DNA from: Octopus sinensis | Taxonomy: Eukaryota | DNA length: 64,000 bases | Assembly: GCF_006345805.1 (NCBI RefSeq) | Contig: NC_043020.1 | Coordinates: forward strand, 7,998,001 to 8,062,000 | Direction: 5' to 3' | Part shown: piece after piece, positions 50,883 to 64,000 of the stretch | How the letters are laid out: each line of letters opens with the position of its first letter | How positions within the stretch are numbered: position 1 is the stretch's first letter | Program-made: the position numbers and the translations under genes | The notes under the pieces: model-generated | Database searches by the model: none | The model's input: the letters and a program-made list of their open reading frames with translations, nothing else | What the model was told of the DNA's origin: nothing

Positions 50883-51325
50883 GCTGACAAGCTGGCAGAA
50901 TCATTAGTGTGCTGGACGAAATGCTTAGCAGTATTTTGCCTGTCGCTACATTCTGAGTTCAAATTTCACCCCGGTTGACTTTACCTTTCATCCTTTCAGG
51001 GTCGGCAAAATAAGTACCAGTTAAACACTGGGGTCAATGTAATCAACTTATTCCCTCTCCCAAAACAGCTTCCGTTGTGGCAAAATTTAAAACCATTATT
51101 ATTATTATTATCATAATTATTATTTTAGTAGAAAGGATTATTTTAAGGTGGTGAACTGGCAGAATCATTAGCATGATGGGCAAAACACTTCGCAGTATTT
51201 TGCTTGTCTTTAAGTTCTGAGTTCAAATTCTGCTGAGGCCAACTTTGCCCTTCGTCCTTTCAGGGTTGATGAAATAAGTACTAGTTATGCACTGGGATCA
51301 ATGTAATCAACTAGCCCCCTACCCA
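50665..51325 (+). mobile_element. Three tandem older SINE B copies; others at 37973-38170 and 48960-49205
   Basis: B consensus separated by (att)n. Confidence 0.8.
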
Positions 51326-51334
51326 GAAGCACAC

Positions 51335-51367
<33 letters not shown>

Positions 51368-52186
51368 TCCATGTTGTCACCTTTTTAATGAAGCGGTGTT
51401 GACATCCCTTGTTGACATTATGACTAGTTGCTCTGTGGAATTTATAAAATCCTTACTTGAAAAACAAGCAACGTTTGACAACAGAAAACGTGTCTGGCCA
51501 TATAATCCTACCCCAGACAGCTCTCCCATCATATTCAGGCTTACCATGGATTAAAAACAAATAGCAAACAAACAAAAGAACGGTTGAACCACCTCATCCA
51601 AATGTTAGTCATCTAAATCCTGCAAAGATTAGTCATCTCACTCATCTGTCTTAGGTCATCCAATTGTATAATACAGTTTTACGTATCTAAACCCCAACCC
51701 CTTCTCTTTGGGACCTGAGTAGTGACACGTTATCAAATAGGCTCACAGTCTTAAAACACATCTAAATTGTGTTTTTTTTCTTTTTTTAAGTTAATTCATC
51801 AAATATGTTGCTGTAATTTTCAGCAGCTTCTGTATCTGTCAACTTCTTTTCACGAGAGAAATTAAATTTATGAATGTTGTATCATTTATTAAAGTTGTCT
51901 ACAATGCCCTTCATAAATCATCCAACTATAAACATACAAGTCTCTGTGATACCCACAGCTTCATGCAATTGTGTGGTATTTTTCAGAGATCATTGGTTCT
52001 GAAATTGACATGCTTTCAGATTAACTTGCTCTAAACCACTTTAATGAGACTGCATCTGTTTCTGAAAGTCTAGATTTGATTTTAACATGGTAACTGCCAC
52101 ACATATAAACATATAAACATCAGTGGTTTATCACAAACTTCACACAGCTACCATATGCATCCCCAGTGGTACATTTTCATAATTTG

Positions 52187-52627
52187 AAGGCATATGGTTC
52201 AGTGGTTAGAGTTTTGGGCTCACAATCACAAAGTAGTAAGTTCATTACCTAGACCAGGCTGTGTGTTGATGAGCAAGACACTTTATTTCACATTGTAGAA
52301 ATGAGTTGCCTTTCCCTTGGATAACATCAGTGGTGTGGAGAGAGGAAACTGGTAGTCATGAGCAACTACTGGTCTTCCATAAACAACCTTGTCTGGACTT
52401 GTGCCTCAGAGGAAACTTTCTAGGAGCAACTCCATGGCCGTTCATGACCAAAGGGGTTCTTTACCCTTTATCCTATGTACATATAATGGTGTGGTGAGGG
52501 AAGGCTGGTAAGCATGGGTGACTACTGGTCTTCCATAAAAAACCTTGCCTGGACTTATGCCTTGCGGGGTAACTTTCTAAGTGCAATCCCAAGATCATTT
52601 ATGGCCAAATGGAGTCCTTACCCTTTA
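52187..52627 (+). mobile_element. Old tRNA/CORE-like SINE family G with duplicated 3' part
   Basis: tggttcagtggttag head, gagcaagacactt core, tail ending ttacccttta present twice. Confidence 0.6.
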
Positions 52628-53035
52628 AGATTGGTGTAGTCTTGGCTGTGTGGTTAAGAAGTTTGCTTTTCAACCATGAGGTTTTGGGTTCAATCACACT
52701 GCATGGTACTTCAAGTATGGTCTTCTACTAACAGCCCTAGGCCAATCAATGCTTTGTAAGTGAATTTGGTACACAGAAATTGTACAGACCATCTGTAGCT
52801 CAGCAATTATTTTTCCATGCAATCGCAGAATGTAAACATTCACAAACACACATACACATACACACTTAGCTACATGCAGTTTCCCCACCACAACTTCGCT
52901 CACATCATCATCATCAATAAAACCAACAACACTAGCATAATGTTGACCAATTGTACTAAGGCGTTGGCTCTGTTATCCCAACAGAACAGTGACAATGTGA
53001 CAGTAAGATTAACATAATGCAGAAATGTGGCTTAT

Positions 53036-53912
53036 TTAACCATTTCCATACCATCAGCCCCATCTGAAGCTGCTCCTGGTTCTACAATACAAAATTTACT
53101 GTTTTAAAAGTGATCTACATTAAAACCTTCCATCAAATTTTCGTGCTAGTTTATGTTCCAAACAGCAGCTTAATAACGAGAAAGTTATTTTACTAATTTC
53201 TTCATTAGCCAGCTTAATAATAACAAAGACCTAAATTCTTAATTATTTTCAGAATTAATTTGAAAAAAAAAAAGGCCATGTATTTTGACAAATTTATGGT
53301 AACAAAAGGGTTAAAGTGATCTAAACCAAAACCTTCCATGAACAGTTTATGTTGATTAAGGTTCCAAATACCAGCTTAATTATACCAAAGTTATTTTACT
53401 AAATTTTTCATAATTTCATGACTTTCTTCGCTATTTTCAAAGTTAATTGACACAAAGAATCTTTTACTCTTTTACTCTTTTACTTGTTTCAGTCATTTGA
53501 CTGCAGCCATGCTGGAGCACCGCATTTAATCGAGCAACTCGACCCCGGGACTTATTCTTTTGTAAGCCCAGTACTTATTCTATCGGTCTCTTTTGCCGAA
53601 CCGCTAAGTGACGGGGACGTAAACACACCAGCATCGGTTGTCAAGCAATGCTAGGGGGACAAACACAGACACACAAACACACACACACATATATATATAT
53701 ATACATATATACGACGGGCTTCTTTCAGTTTCTGTCTACCAAATCCACTCACAAGGCTTTGGTCAGCCTGAGGCTATAGTAGAAGACACTTGCCCAAGGT
53801 GCCACGCAGTGGGACTGAACCCGGAACCATGTTGGTTGGTAAACAAGCTACTTACCACACAGCCACTCCTGCGACTGTGTATTTCAACAAAACATGGTAA
53901 CAGAAGGGTTAG
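53036..53912. mobile_element. piggyBac-type MITE P2 with partial tandem duplication, interrupted by SINE A
   Basis: ttaacc...ggtaacaaaagggttaa (53313), repeated body, second end ggtaacagaagggttag (53912); similar to the reverse complement of 57595-57814. Confidence 0.6.
53460..53873 (-). mobile_element. SINE A, full length, young
   Basis: Colinear with family A. Confidence 0.9.
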
Positions 53913-54058
53913 TATGATGTCAGAAAACTGCTGACGATGGTACAATGAGCTCTTGTGTATGTCTGTCTGTGTGTCTCTCAGTATGTATGTGAGTTCCCTG
54001 GGAGTTGAGGTAGATTAATCTGCACTTTAGCTAAACTCACCACAGAAGTGTGTGTGTG

Positions 54059-54091
<33 letters not shown>

Positions 54092-54556
54092 GATGTGTAT
54101 CTGTGGTACATTGAGCCATATGTCTCTATATATATCTCCTTTCGATGTGTGCATATGTGAGCTATGTCACTATATGTGTGTATACATGTGTGTTACCCTA
54201 TATACATATGTTTGTGTGTGTCTTTATATGTTTATATATGTGTGTGTATTTCTAATAAACTGTGCTGCTTATCTGTCTACCTCCTCCTCTCAGTGTGCAT
54301 GTCACGTACATGTACATGTGGGTGGTTTTGTGTGGTCAAGAAGCTCACTTTGCAACCATGTGGCTTTGGCTTTGATCCCATTTCATGATCACTTGTAGTC
54401 CTGGAATGGTCGACGCCTTGTGAATGAATTTATATGACAGAACCTGAAACTGTGTGGAAGCCCCCACACACACACACACATGCACACATGTGCATGTACT
54501 CACACAAACACACACATATGCACACACACAATACACGTACACACACACACACAAAT

Positions 54557-54589
<33 letters not shown>

Positions 54590-54873
54590 CACATATTATT
54601 GAGACCCTAAGAATTTAAAAACTTTTGAGGGAGCATGAAATAATTCTTTCTTGAAATCGGACATATAATTAATAGCATGCAAGTATTTACCCGATATTCA
54701 CTTGCTATTATTTATAGCTTTTATATGTGCTTCAAGATCCAATCTCTACAAAGAATTGGGTGTGGGGGTGGGGTTCCGTGTGTGCATGTGTCAACGATTC
54801 ATATTTCCATTTCCTCATATCTTCATGTGTTTCCACTGATTAATTGCAATCAATGGTACCTCTCTCCATGCAG

Positions 54874-54926
54874 ACGGTATTGTTTGCTTGCAGGGCTGCT
54901 GTGACAGCTATGTCCAGGCTTCTTGA
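54874..54926 (+). CDS. Possible next exon: phase-1 terminal exon (D)GIVCLQGCCDSYVQAS* or a 3-nt microexon ACG (54874-54876)
   Basis: Acceptor ctctctccatgcag|AC in unique sequence; phase-compatible with 45367; gtattg follows ACG. Confidence 0.25.
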
Positions 54927-55147
54927 CATGTCTTAACATGTTCTGTTATCTTTGCAAAGAAAAAAAAAATGTATTTAAACAGTGTCATTCGTTTCCTCTT
55001 CTCCTCGTGATCTATGTCCAGGGGCTGTTTGTTGCTCAGTAGACTGGAAAGGTTTCTACCTTGCTTGAAAACAGGTGAGGCTTCTGGCCCCAGAAAACTG
55101 CTTCAGTGTAATCTTGCCTGACCCATGCAAGCATAGAAAAGAAGGTA

Positions 55148-55442
55148 TTAAACCCATTAGCATTCAGGGTAGCTGGCAGAAACGTTAGCACGCCGGGCGA
55201 AATTCTTAGCGGTATTTCGTCTACCGTTACGTTCTGAGTTCAAATTCCGCCGAAGTCGACTTTGCCTTTCATCCTTTCGGGGTCGATTAAATATTATCTT
55301 GTAGCTTAGGGATTTTAAAGATGTGATTGTTTGTTTTTAGAATGACATTGCAGGGTAAATGCAGGATGCTGGATATGGCTAGTTTGAACATAAAATAGGC
55401 TATTTGCATTGGATGTGGCCAGTTTAGATGGTAAAGTGTTAA
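55148..55442. mobile_element. Degenerate piggyBac-type MITE (P1, opposite orientation) interrupted by a SINE B at 55169-55290
   Basis: Similar to the reverse complement of 16775-16995; TTAA ends. Confidence 0.55.
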
Positions 55443-55648
55443 AATAATGATGATGATGATATAGGTATATATATATATTACCCCTGTAACTTAACAGTTT
55501 GGCATAAAGAAAACAGCAGAAAAATTACTGGGGTTGATTTGTCCAACTAAGTCCTTCAAGGCAGTGCTCCAGTATGGCCACATTTACCTTTTACTTGTTT
55601 CAGTCATCATCATACACACATATTTACATACATATGTATGTATTTATA

Positions 55649-55696
<48 letters not shown>

Positions 55697-56067
55697 GCGG
55701 TGCTCCAGCATGGCCGCAGTCAAATGACTGAAACAGTAAAAGAGTAAAAGAGTATATGTCTGTGTATGAGCCAGCCAATGTTTTGCAAGTGAATTTAGTA
55801 GATGGAGACTGTAGGAAGCCTGTTGCATGTGTGTGTTTAATTGTGTAAAATATTAACTAGTAGCCCTTCATGTCAAAAGGTAAATTTGCCATTTGATAAT
55901 TAGGGATCAATAAAATGAGTACCTGGTTGCAATAAGTACTAGGGTGGGAGCACAGTGATATAATTGCCATAAAACCTTTAAAGATGGTGCTGCTGCAGCA
56001 TGGGCATCGTCCGTGGCTTAAACCAGTAAAAGAATATACCTTCTCCACCTCTCTATAATCTCTTTAT

Positions 56068-57012
56068 TTCTTCTTTTCTCACCCCTTCTCTCACTTTCTC
56101 CTACGTCATCTTTTCCCCCTTATCTTGCTCTCACTCTCTCTCCCTTTTGCCTATTATACCCTTCCCGTGGGGTCACTAACTTCTTTTCTCACCCCTTCTC
56201 TCACTTTCTCCTACTTTCTCCCTATGTCATCTTTTCCCCCTTATCTTTCTCTCTCTCTCTCCCTTTTGCCTATTATACCCTTCCCATGGGGTCACTAACT
56301 TCTTTTCTCACCCCTTCTCTCACTTTCTCCTACTTTCTCCCTCTGTCATCTTTTCCCCCTTATCTTGCTCTCTCTCTCCCTTTTGCCTATTATACCCTTC
56401 CCATGGGGTCACTAACTTCTTTCTCACCCTTCTCTCACTTTCTCCTACTTTATCCCTAGTATCTTTTCCCCCTTATCTTCTCTCTCTTCTCTACCTTTTG
56501 CCTATTATACCCTTCCCGTGGGGTCACTAACTTCTTTTCTCACCCCTTCTCTCACTTTCTCCTACTTTCTCCCTATGTCATCTTTTCCCCCTTATCTTTC
56601 TCTCTCTCTCTCTCCCTTTTGCCTATTATACCCTTCCCGTGGGGTCACTAACTTCTTTTCTCACCCCTTCTCTCACTTTCTCCTACTTTCTCCCTATGTC
56701 ATCTTTTCCCCCTTATCTTTCTCTCTCTCTCTCTCCCTTTTGCCTATTATACCCTTCCCGTGGGGTCACTAACTTCTTTTCTCACCCCTTCTCTCACTTT
56801 CTCCTACTTTCTCCCTATGTCATCTTTCCCCCTCCTATCTTCTCTCTCTCTCTCCCTTTTGCCATTTACCCTTCCCAGGGGGTCACTAACTTCTTTTCTC
56901 ACCCCTTCTCTCACTTTCTCCTACTTTCTCCCTCTGTCATCTTTTCCCCCTTATCTTTCTCTCTCTCTCTCTCCCTTTTGCCTATTATACCCTTCCCATG
57001 GGGTCACTAACT
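56068..57012. repeat. ~120-bp pyrimidine-rich minisatellite, about 8 copies
   Basis: cccttcccrtggggtcactaac recurs every ~119-121 bp. Confidence 0.95.
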
Positions 57013-57594
57013 CCCTATAACTCCTTTCCTAGGTCCTTTTCCTGAAAAACAGTTTCTTATAATAATAAATCTCTGAGCGAGATATAAACAGTAACTGCTC
57101 TATAACGTAAGGGGGAATCAGCCATCTGAATGTGGCTAGGAACAGGGCGGGGTGGTGGGGGGTGTTACTGATGCATTTAGCCCCAGGCGATCATCGACGT
57201 CACCAGAAGGACCGACACCATCACGGTGTCCTTGCTAGCCTTTCACAGTTCTTCTGTTGATGTCATAAGCTATTACAAAATACGCAGTTGTAATTACATG
57301 CATGTTATTGCATCATAATGCCTATCTTGTTTGTAGCACCTAACGACGTTGCCGGGACGAGATCAGTATTATTACAGGAAACCAAGTTAATTACACAGCT
57401 CCTACTAATGCCATTATTCCTCCGTTTACCTAACAGGTTAATTATATATGACTACCAATGATGTCATCATTCCTCCGACAGTGCATGTGTGTCACTGAGA
57501 CATCACAAAGTGATGTCACTGTTTCTTTTTTTTTACAATACATCCATACCTCAGATATCCCAACATCAATTCATCCAAATATGACATTATTTAA

Positions 57595-57814
57595 CCCTTT
57601 CGTTACTGTATTTATTTAGAGATGCCCTGTGTTTCTTTCAATTACTTTAAATATAACAAAGAATTTAGTAAAATAACTTTGTTATCATTCAGCTAGTGTT
57701 AGGAACATAAATTGTGACTAAGGTTTGGTGGAAGATTTTAATTCGAAATTTATGGAAACAAGACATTTGTACTCAGAGCCAGAGCCGGTTTCAGCCGTGT
57801 TGGTAACGAAAGGG
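57595..57814. mobile_element. piggyBac-type MITE (family P2)
   Basis: TTAA|CCCTTTCGTTAC ... GTAACGAAAGGG|TTAA, perfect 12-bp TIR. Confidence 0.9.
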
Positions 57815-58499
57815 TTAAACAAGATCTGAAGGGTCCTATGGATATTTGATTAGCCACTCTGAATAATACTAGCATTACCATTTTGTCTCTTGTTTACAAT
57901 TATTGAAAATGAATTTGCAATGATTGAGGAATTTGTTGTAATGTTAGAATACAAAGGTGTTGCTGACATTGTTGCAATGGTCAGATGTCCAGTAGTTTGA
58001 TCTCTGTTGGTCACTTTGAAATAGCATCATCATTGATCTGACTGGCCTGGTGCAGCCTTCGGGCTTCCCAGACCTCAGTTGAACCGTCCAACCCATGCTA
58101 GCATGGAAAGTGGACGTTAAACGATGATGATGATGATGATGATATAATGTCCACTTTTCCATGCATGCATGAGTCTGATGGAATATCTTGAGGTAAATTT
58201 TCTACAGCCCATGCACTTCCTGTTGCTAACTCTCTCCTGTTTACAAGCAAAACAATATTTCCCTATTGCTAGACATGTTTTTCACAGAAGACTTGATAAG
58301 AATACTCTCGTATATGAAGACACTACTCATTTACGACCATCATTTGATATCTAGACAGATACGCATGTGCAAACACACACACACACACACACACACAGTT
58401 ACTGAGAGCTTAGTAGCATGACAAAAAAGTTGTTGGTGATTTCAGGCATTCTACAACTTTAGTACATATAAACTACCAATTTTCTGGCAACCAATAGTC

Positions 58500-59130
58500 C
58501 AGTACCTCTTTTAATCTGAGCGAATTACAAAGAGGAACTTGATATTCCTGTGGCCACCAGTTTAGTTCACTGCATAACCACAGGTGACATTGTGTGTACC
58601 ATTTGTTAATAACCATTATCTAGTCTGCACTTGTTAGTGGTAATACAAAAATTTTGAGAGATTCTCTGCATATTTAGCTCAAAGTTAGCCTTAGTTCTGG
58701 CTATGACAGCTCAGAGAACCGAGAGCATCACTAATAGTGTGGAATGTAAACACCAGTCAGTGTCATCCCAAGATAAAGTTGAACTGTTGAAAGAAATGGA
58801 CCATGGGGTTCTGGTCCAGGCCATGTGACACAATTTTGCTTAGATAAAGCATTTAAAAAGATAGCCAAGTTGAATCCATGCTCTGTAGCTTCAACTTGGA
58901 ACACCTTAGATGCCCCACTTGCAACCTCTGAAATACAAGATGCCTGGAAAGCAGTAATGCTGCTGCATTCTTTGCAAATATAGTAATTAATAAATGTACT
59001 AATGTAATGCCCAACGTTTTGTAGTTCATTAATTCAATTTATATTTAAAACGTTGTATTTGTTTAAGCTTCTGGCACTTCGTAGTATGTTAGACACGTGG
59101 GAAGTGTATAATGAGTCACTTAGAGGTGTG
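58500..59130 (+). mobile_element. Tigger/pogo-like transposon remnant
   Basis: ORF 58703-58828 MTAQRTESITNSVECKHQSVSSQDKVELLKEMDHGVLV resembles the N-terminal HTH-psq of Tigger/Jerky transposases; CAGTA-like left end; boundaries approximate. Confidence 0.55.
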
Positions 59131-59147
59131 TTGATGAATTCTTCTTC

Positions 59148-59660
59148 TTATTATTATTATTATTGAGTTCTAACTCATGGCAGTGCATGCCATCAAAGTG
59201 ACACTGGGGTATAATGTATGAACCCCAGTATACCCATCACGACTACCTATCTGAATAGAGTACACCAAGCACATGCATCACAACCATATGTGTGCGACTT
59301 GGTGATCCCATATCAAGATAAACAGCACATGACTTTGCAGGTGGGACCCAGTTATAATTTTCTTCAGGTTGAGTAACCCATCCCACTCAAAAGATCCTTG
59401 AATAAGATGTTGAACGAAACATTGTTTGAAGATGTTGAATGAAACACCCATGTTTCCAAAGGTGAATTACCCAAACCCCACAGAATTCCTCTCGACACTC
59501 GGCTATGATGCTCTCCCACTACTTCTGCTTGTGATCAGAGATGCACATATTGCCAGCCACTAAGGGACATGCTCAACTGGTTAAGCTCAAGCAACTGACA
59601 AGCAAATTTGTAGTCCTGAGCAGAATCTTTGCTGTAGCCCATCTTTTATACCAAGACAAT
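59148..59660 (-). mobile_element. Family F repeat
   Basis: Reverse complement of 3690-4185. Confidence 0.75.
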
Positions 59661-60294
59661 TATTATTATTATTATTATTATTTACTTTTAATCTCATGTT
59701 TGTTACGATCACTCACCGAGACACACCCAGTATCCTAGGGCGAGTGATTATTATTATTATTATTATCATTATTATGTGACCACGGACAGTCCAGCAAAAC
59801 AGTTACTCCATCAATGTTTTGCCTTCAAGGATACTGGGAAATCAATGGTGTAGCTATAATGTGTCTGTATTTTATTGCACAATGGTTAAGAATGTTGCTT
59901 TGTAACCATGAAGTCTCTGATTCAAAATGCTGCAAAAAAAAAACAAAAAGAAAAAAAGAAAAGAATCTCTGGCATCTTTATTCACCTGTATGCATTTGTA
60001 CAGTGGTACAGATCTGTTAGAAGTAATCAAGTTTGTTGCTGTTACCATGACTGTGATGAGAAAGCTAACAGTATTGACAATCAAGAGAGAAAAAAAACCC
60101 AACAAACAAACAAGATTTTACAGTGTCTCGGCTGTCGACTTCAAAGATTGCACAAGTCTATAACAGTTTTATAAACTGAATGACATAAAAAAAAAAACCT
60201 CAACAAATGTGCTTGTGTTTTTATTTTTTTATACTTTTTCTGTATTCTTTCACATAATTATATTCAATATGACTTCTATTGTTTATGATGAGGT

Positions 60295-60365
60295 ACACCC
60301 CTCAAACGATCAATTATCTGAACGGAATTTTCTCAGTCTGTCTCGGATAATTGAAGTCTTACTGT
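60295..60365. mobile_element. Tigger/pogo-like MITE end remnant (hairpin)
   Basis: tcaattatctga...tcggataattga inverted repeat followed by tactg. Confidence 0.35.
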
Positions 60366-60847
60366 GTACTATCTTAATTACATATCCCTAATAATGACAC
60401 TATGTCTCTGTCTGGGTACTGCTTTACTAGACGCAGCCACATAATGATATCAGTAAGTTTTTCTATGTCACAATAGTCGAGCAGAATATATTAGTTATTT
60501 ATTATACATTACTTAATGATGTCATCTGAGTTCTTGCTTCACTAGTCATAGATTTTATTAATGTACAGCTTGCTAGCTACATCCTTATGTCTCTCACTTC
60601 ACTCTCATTCTCTTTATTTATTTATTTATTTATCCTCCTCCTCATCAACAACATTGTTTAACGTCTAATTTCCATGCCGGCATGGGTTAGATGGTTTGAT
60701 ATGGAGCTGGCCAACTGGGAACTGTCCAAACTCCAATTGTATGTTGTGCCATGCTTTCCATGACTGGATACCCTTCTTAACACCAGCCACTTCGCAGAGT
60801 GTGCTGGGTGCATTTTACATGTGACTGGCATATATATATATATGATA

Positions 60848-61208
60848 TGGCTGTGTGGTAAGTAGCTTGCTTACCAACCACATGGTTCCGGGTTCAGTCC
60901 CACTGCGTGGGCATCTTGGCAAGTGTCTTCTGCTATAGCCCGGGCCGGACCAATGCCTTGTGAGTGGTTGGTAGACGGAACTGAAAGAAGCCTGTCGTAT
61001 ATATGTATATATGTGTATGTGTGTGTGTTGCCCCCTAGCATGCTTGACAACTGATGCTGGTGTGTTTACGTCCCCGTCACTTAGCGGTTTGGCAAAAGAG
61101 ACTGATAGAATAAGTATGGGCTTACAAAGAATAAGTCCCGGGGTCGATTGCTCGACTAAAGGCGGTGCTCCAGCATGGCCGCAGAAATGACTGAAACAAG
61201 TAAAAGAG

Positions 61209-61210
<2 letters not shown>
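60848..61210 (+). mobile_element. SINE A
   Basis: Colinear with family A; many 1-3 bp deletions. Confidence 0.85.
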
Positions 61211-61239
<29 letters not shown>

Positions 61240-61841
61240 CATACAATATTAGAGATTGTACATATATATATACACAAGAGTACTATATGAGTACCTATAT
61301 CGCTAAAAAATAGAATTCAAAACATACTTCTGTACCACCAAATAGTCACAAATCTATTACAGACATGATAGGAAAAAATATCAGTGATCAATAATAATGT
61401 CTTATCTCTACTGGGTCAGAACAAGTAAATGCTGGTCAGCTTTCTATTTTTTAGTGATATAGGTACTCATGTACAACCCTTGTGTATATATATGTACATG
61501 TCTTATATTGTATGTATATATTTTGTTAATTTGCCTGTATGGGCGATAATTCGCTTACCACTCGTGATGGTATTTTAATAATATCATCCCTATACGCATT
61601 GAGTCGAAACAGGGGCAGCTGAAGAAGGGGAATGTTCCTTGTGTTGTTTGTCTTGTACTCTGTTTTTTCGTTGTTAAAAAAAATCCGTTTCCTTGTTTGG
61701 TTTTATGTTTCCGTTTCTCGTTGTGTTCTACGTTTATTTGTGGTGTCCTGTACTCATATATGCATGTATATATACATATGGATGTAGGTATGTACATATA
61801 TGTATGTTTGTATGCATATGTTTTATTTATTAAATTGTTAT

Positions 61842-61879
<38 letters not shown>

Positions 61880-62338
61880 GTTGAAACACTCCTGTCACAA
61901 CCCGGGACCTTGAAGACTGCTTTAATACAAGAAAGTATACTAGTCCCTTAATATTTGATATTCAATATTTCATCTATTCAATAAGACAATCAATACTTCA
62001 TTTCATTTTACTATATATATTATTTATACTATATATTTATATTCTACATTAAATATAAAAGAATATAAATAAAACATAAAAAACAGACAGAGTTGGAATT
62101 CCTTTGAATAATATATATCCCTCTATACACAATCATACAAGCCCCTTTATATATATATATATATCACTCACGGAGTGGTTGGCGTTAGGAAGGGCATCCA
62201 GCCGTAGAAACATTACCAGATCAGACTGGGCCTGATGCAGCCTTCTGGCTTCACAGACCCCAGTTGAACCGTCCAACCCATGCTAGCATGGAAAGCGGAC
62301 GCTAAATGATGATGATGATGATGATGATATTATATTAT

Positions 62339-62387
<49 letters not shown>

Positions 62388-63170
62388 CAGAACCTCCCAA
62401 ACCTAGGCATGAATATCTAAGTGTAATTAGATTACCATGACGAAAAACCAATCAATACTGATGTCAGTGATCTCCACAGACTATGAATCCATAAACATCT
62501 TCGTCTTTGGAAGAACGAAGGACAACTCATAACAATGAAACTAAAATATAAGAAATTCACAACCAAGCGTAACAAATGTTTTCCTGTATTCCCATCATCA
62601 GTTTCCAAACAGGTGTGCGTGTATATGTGTATGTGTTTGTGTATAATGTCAGTGTATAGGAATAAAATTATCCAGACAGGTACCGTAGTAGCTTTCTGGT
62701 ATATTCCAGGTTGTAGCTAATTGCATCAAGCAGTACAAATTATCAGTGATCACTAAGTCTTAGCAATCTCACTGTAATTATTCCAATAGGTAACTCCAAA
62801 TTCACTTCCATAAATTATGAATATTATCAAGATATTATATAATCCAGATAATATTCATAACCAAATGAATATTGTCTTCACTTGACGTCTTAAACTAACC
62901 ACATGTAAATAAATTGATTTAGTTCGCCTCGAATGACACTTCTGAAAGACCCTGAATTGAAGTGCACAGAAGATTATGATGGGTCGTATGTGCAACTGCA
63001 AATACGCTGTGCAGCTGAAACATATGCTGGTCATTGTTATCAAATAATTATGCTGTACAACCAACTGTAGAATTAAATGGAAGGAAATATTGATGATGTA
63101 CCTGTTTCCATATTTATTATAATAGTTTGAAATATATATATATATATTATATATATATATATACACACAT

Positions 63171-63206
<36 letters not shown>

Positions 63207-63222
63207 ATATATATATATATAT

Positions 63223-63253
<31 letters not shown>

Positions 63254-63264
63254 CTATATATACA

Positions 63265-63310
<46 letters not shown>

Positions 63311-63364
63311 TATATATATATTATATATATATATATATACACATATATATATATATATATATAC

Positions 63365-63408
<44 letters not shown>

Positions 63409-63469
63409 TGTATATATATATACACATATATGTATATATATATACACATATGTGTTATATATATATATA

Positions 63470-63633
63470 GGCACAGGAGGGCCATAGGTGTAGGAGTGGC
63501 TTACCAACCACATAGTTTTGGGTTGAGTCCCACTGCATGGCACCTTGGACAAGTGCCTTGGGCCAACCAAAGCCTTGTGAGTGGATTTGGTAGACAGTAA
63601 ATGTAAAATTTAATAACATCCCTATATATATAT

Positions 63634-63686
<53 letters not shown>

Positions 63687-63905
63687 TACACACACATGTT
63701 TGTGTGTCTGTGTTTGTCCCCCACCATCAACCAATGTTGGTGTGTTTATGTCTCCGTAACTTAGTGGTTCAGCAACAAGAGACCGATAGAATAAGTACTA
63801 GGCTTATAAAGAATAAGTCCTGGGGTCAATTTGTTCAACTAAAGGCAGTGCTTCAGTATGGCTGCAGTCAAATAACTGAAACAAATAAAAGAATAAAAGA
63901 AAAGA
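63470..63905 (+). mobile_element. SINE A, diverged
   Basis: Colinear with family A. Confidence 0.8.
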
Positions 63906-64000
63906 ATATCGTTGCTATTTTGAAAAAGTGTCGTAAGTCCAACATGTTTCATTTTCAGAAAATAGAAAAATAGTTTCACCATTCCATAGCAAAACCATTG

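Overview
This is eukaryotic, AT-rich, very repeat-dense genomic DNA. The tRNA-derived SINE families, (TA/TG/ATT/GAT)n microsatellites and Helitrons resemble my recollection of Octopus/coleoid cephalopod repeats; that assignment is an inference, not a database result. Nearly all ORFs in the supplied track are microsatellite or SINE artefacts. The window is best read as giant introns of one + strand gene with three small phase-compatible exons (7335-7474, 30278-30406, 45281-45367). Spliced, they give a Ser/basic cytoplasmic segment, a CxCxC-WKR-transmembrane segment and a downstream segment; the family is not recognised. Mobile elements include at least six SINE/LINE-tail families (labelled A-G here), six non-autonomous Helitrons, a dead D,D34D mariner, a Tigger-like remnant, CR1 LINE fragments, piggyBac-type and Tc1/mariner MITEs, plus several minisatellites and long hairpins. 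The most unusual signals are (i) a tandem array of H-type pseudoknots with a compensatory change inside repeat family D, (ii) symmetric phase-1 cassette-like exons with structured, UGC-rich acceptors, one carrying the TM helix, plus a possible 3-nt microexon, (iii) a structural module shared by SINE families A and B, and (iv) many intronic fold-backs that could form dsRNA. No CRISPR array, rRNA or intact tRNA gene was seen.
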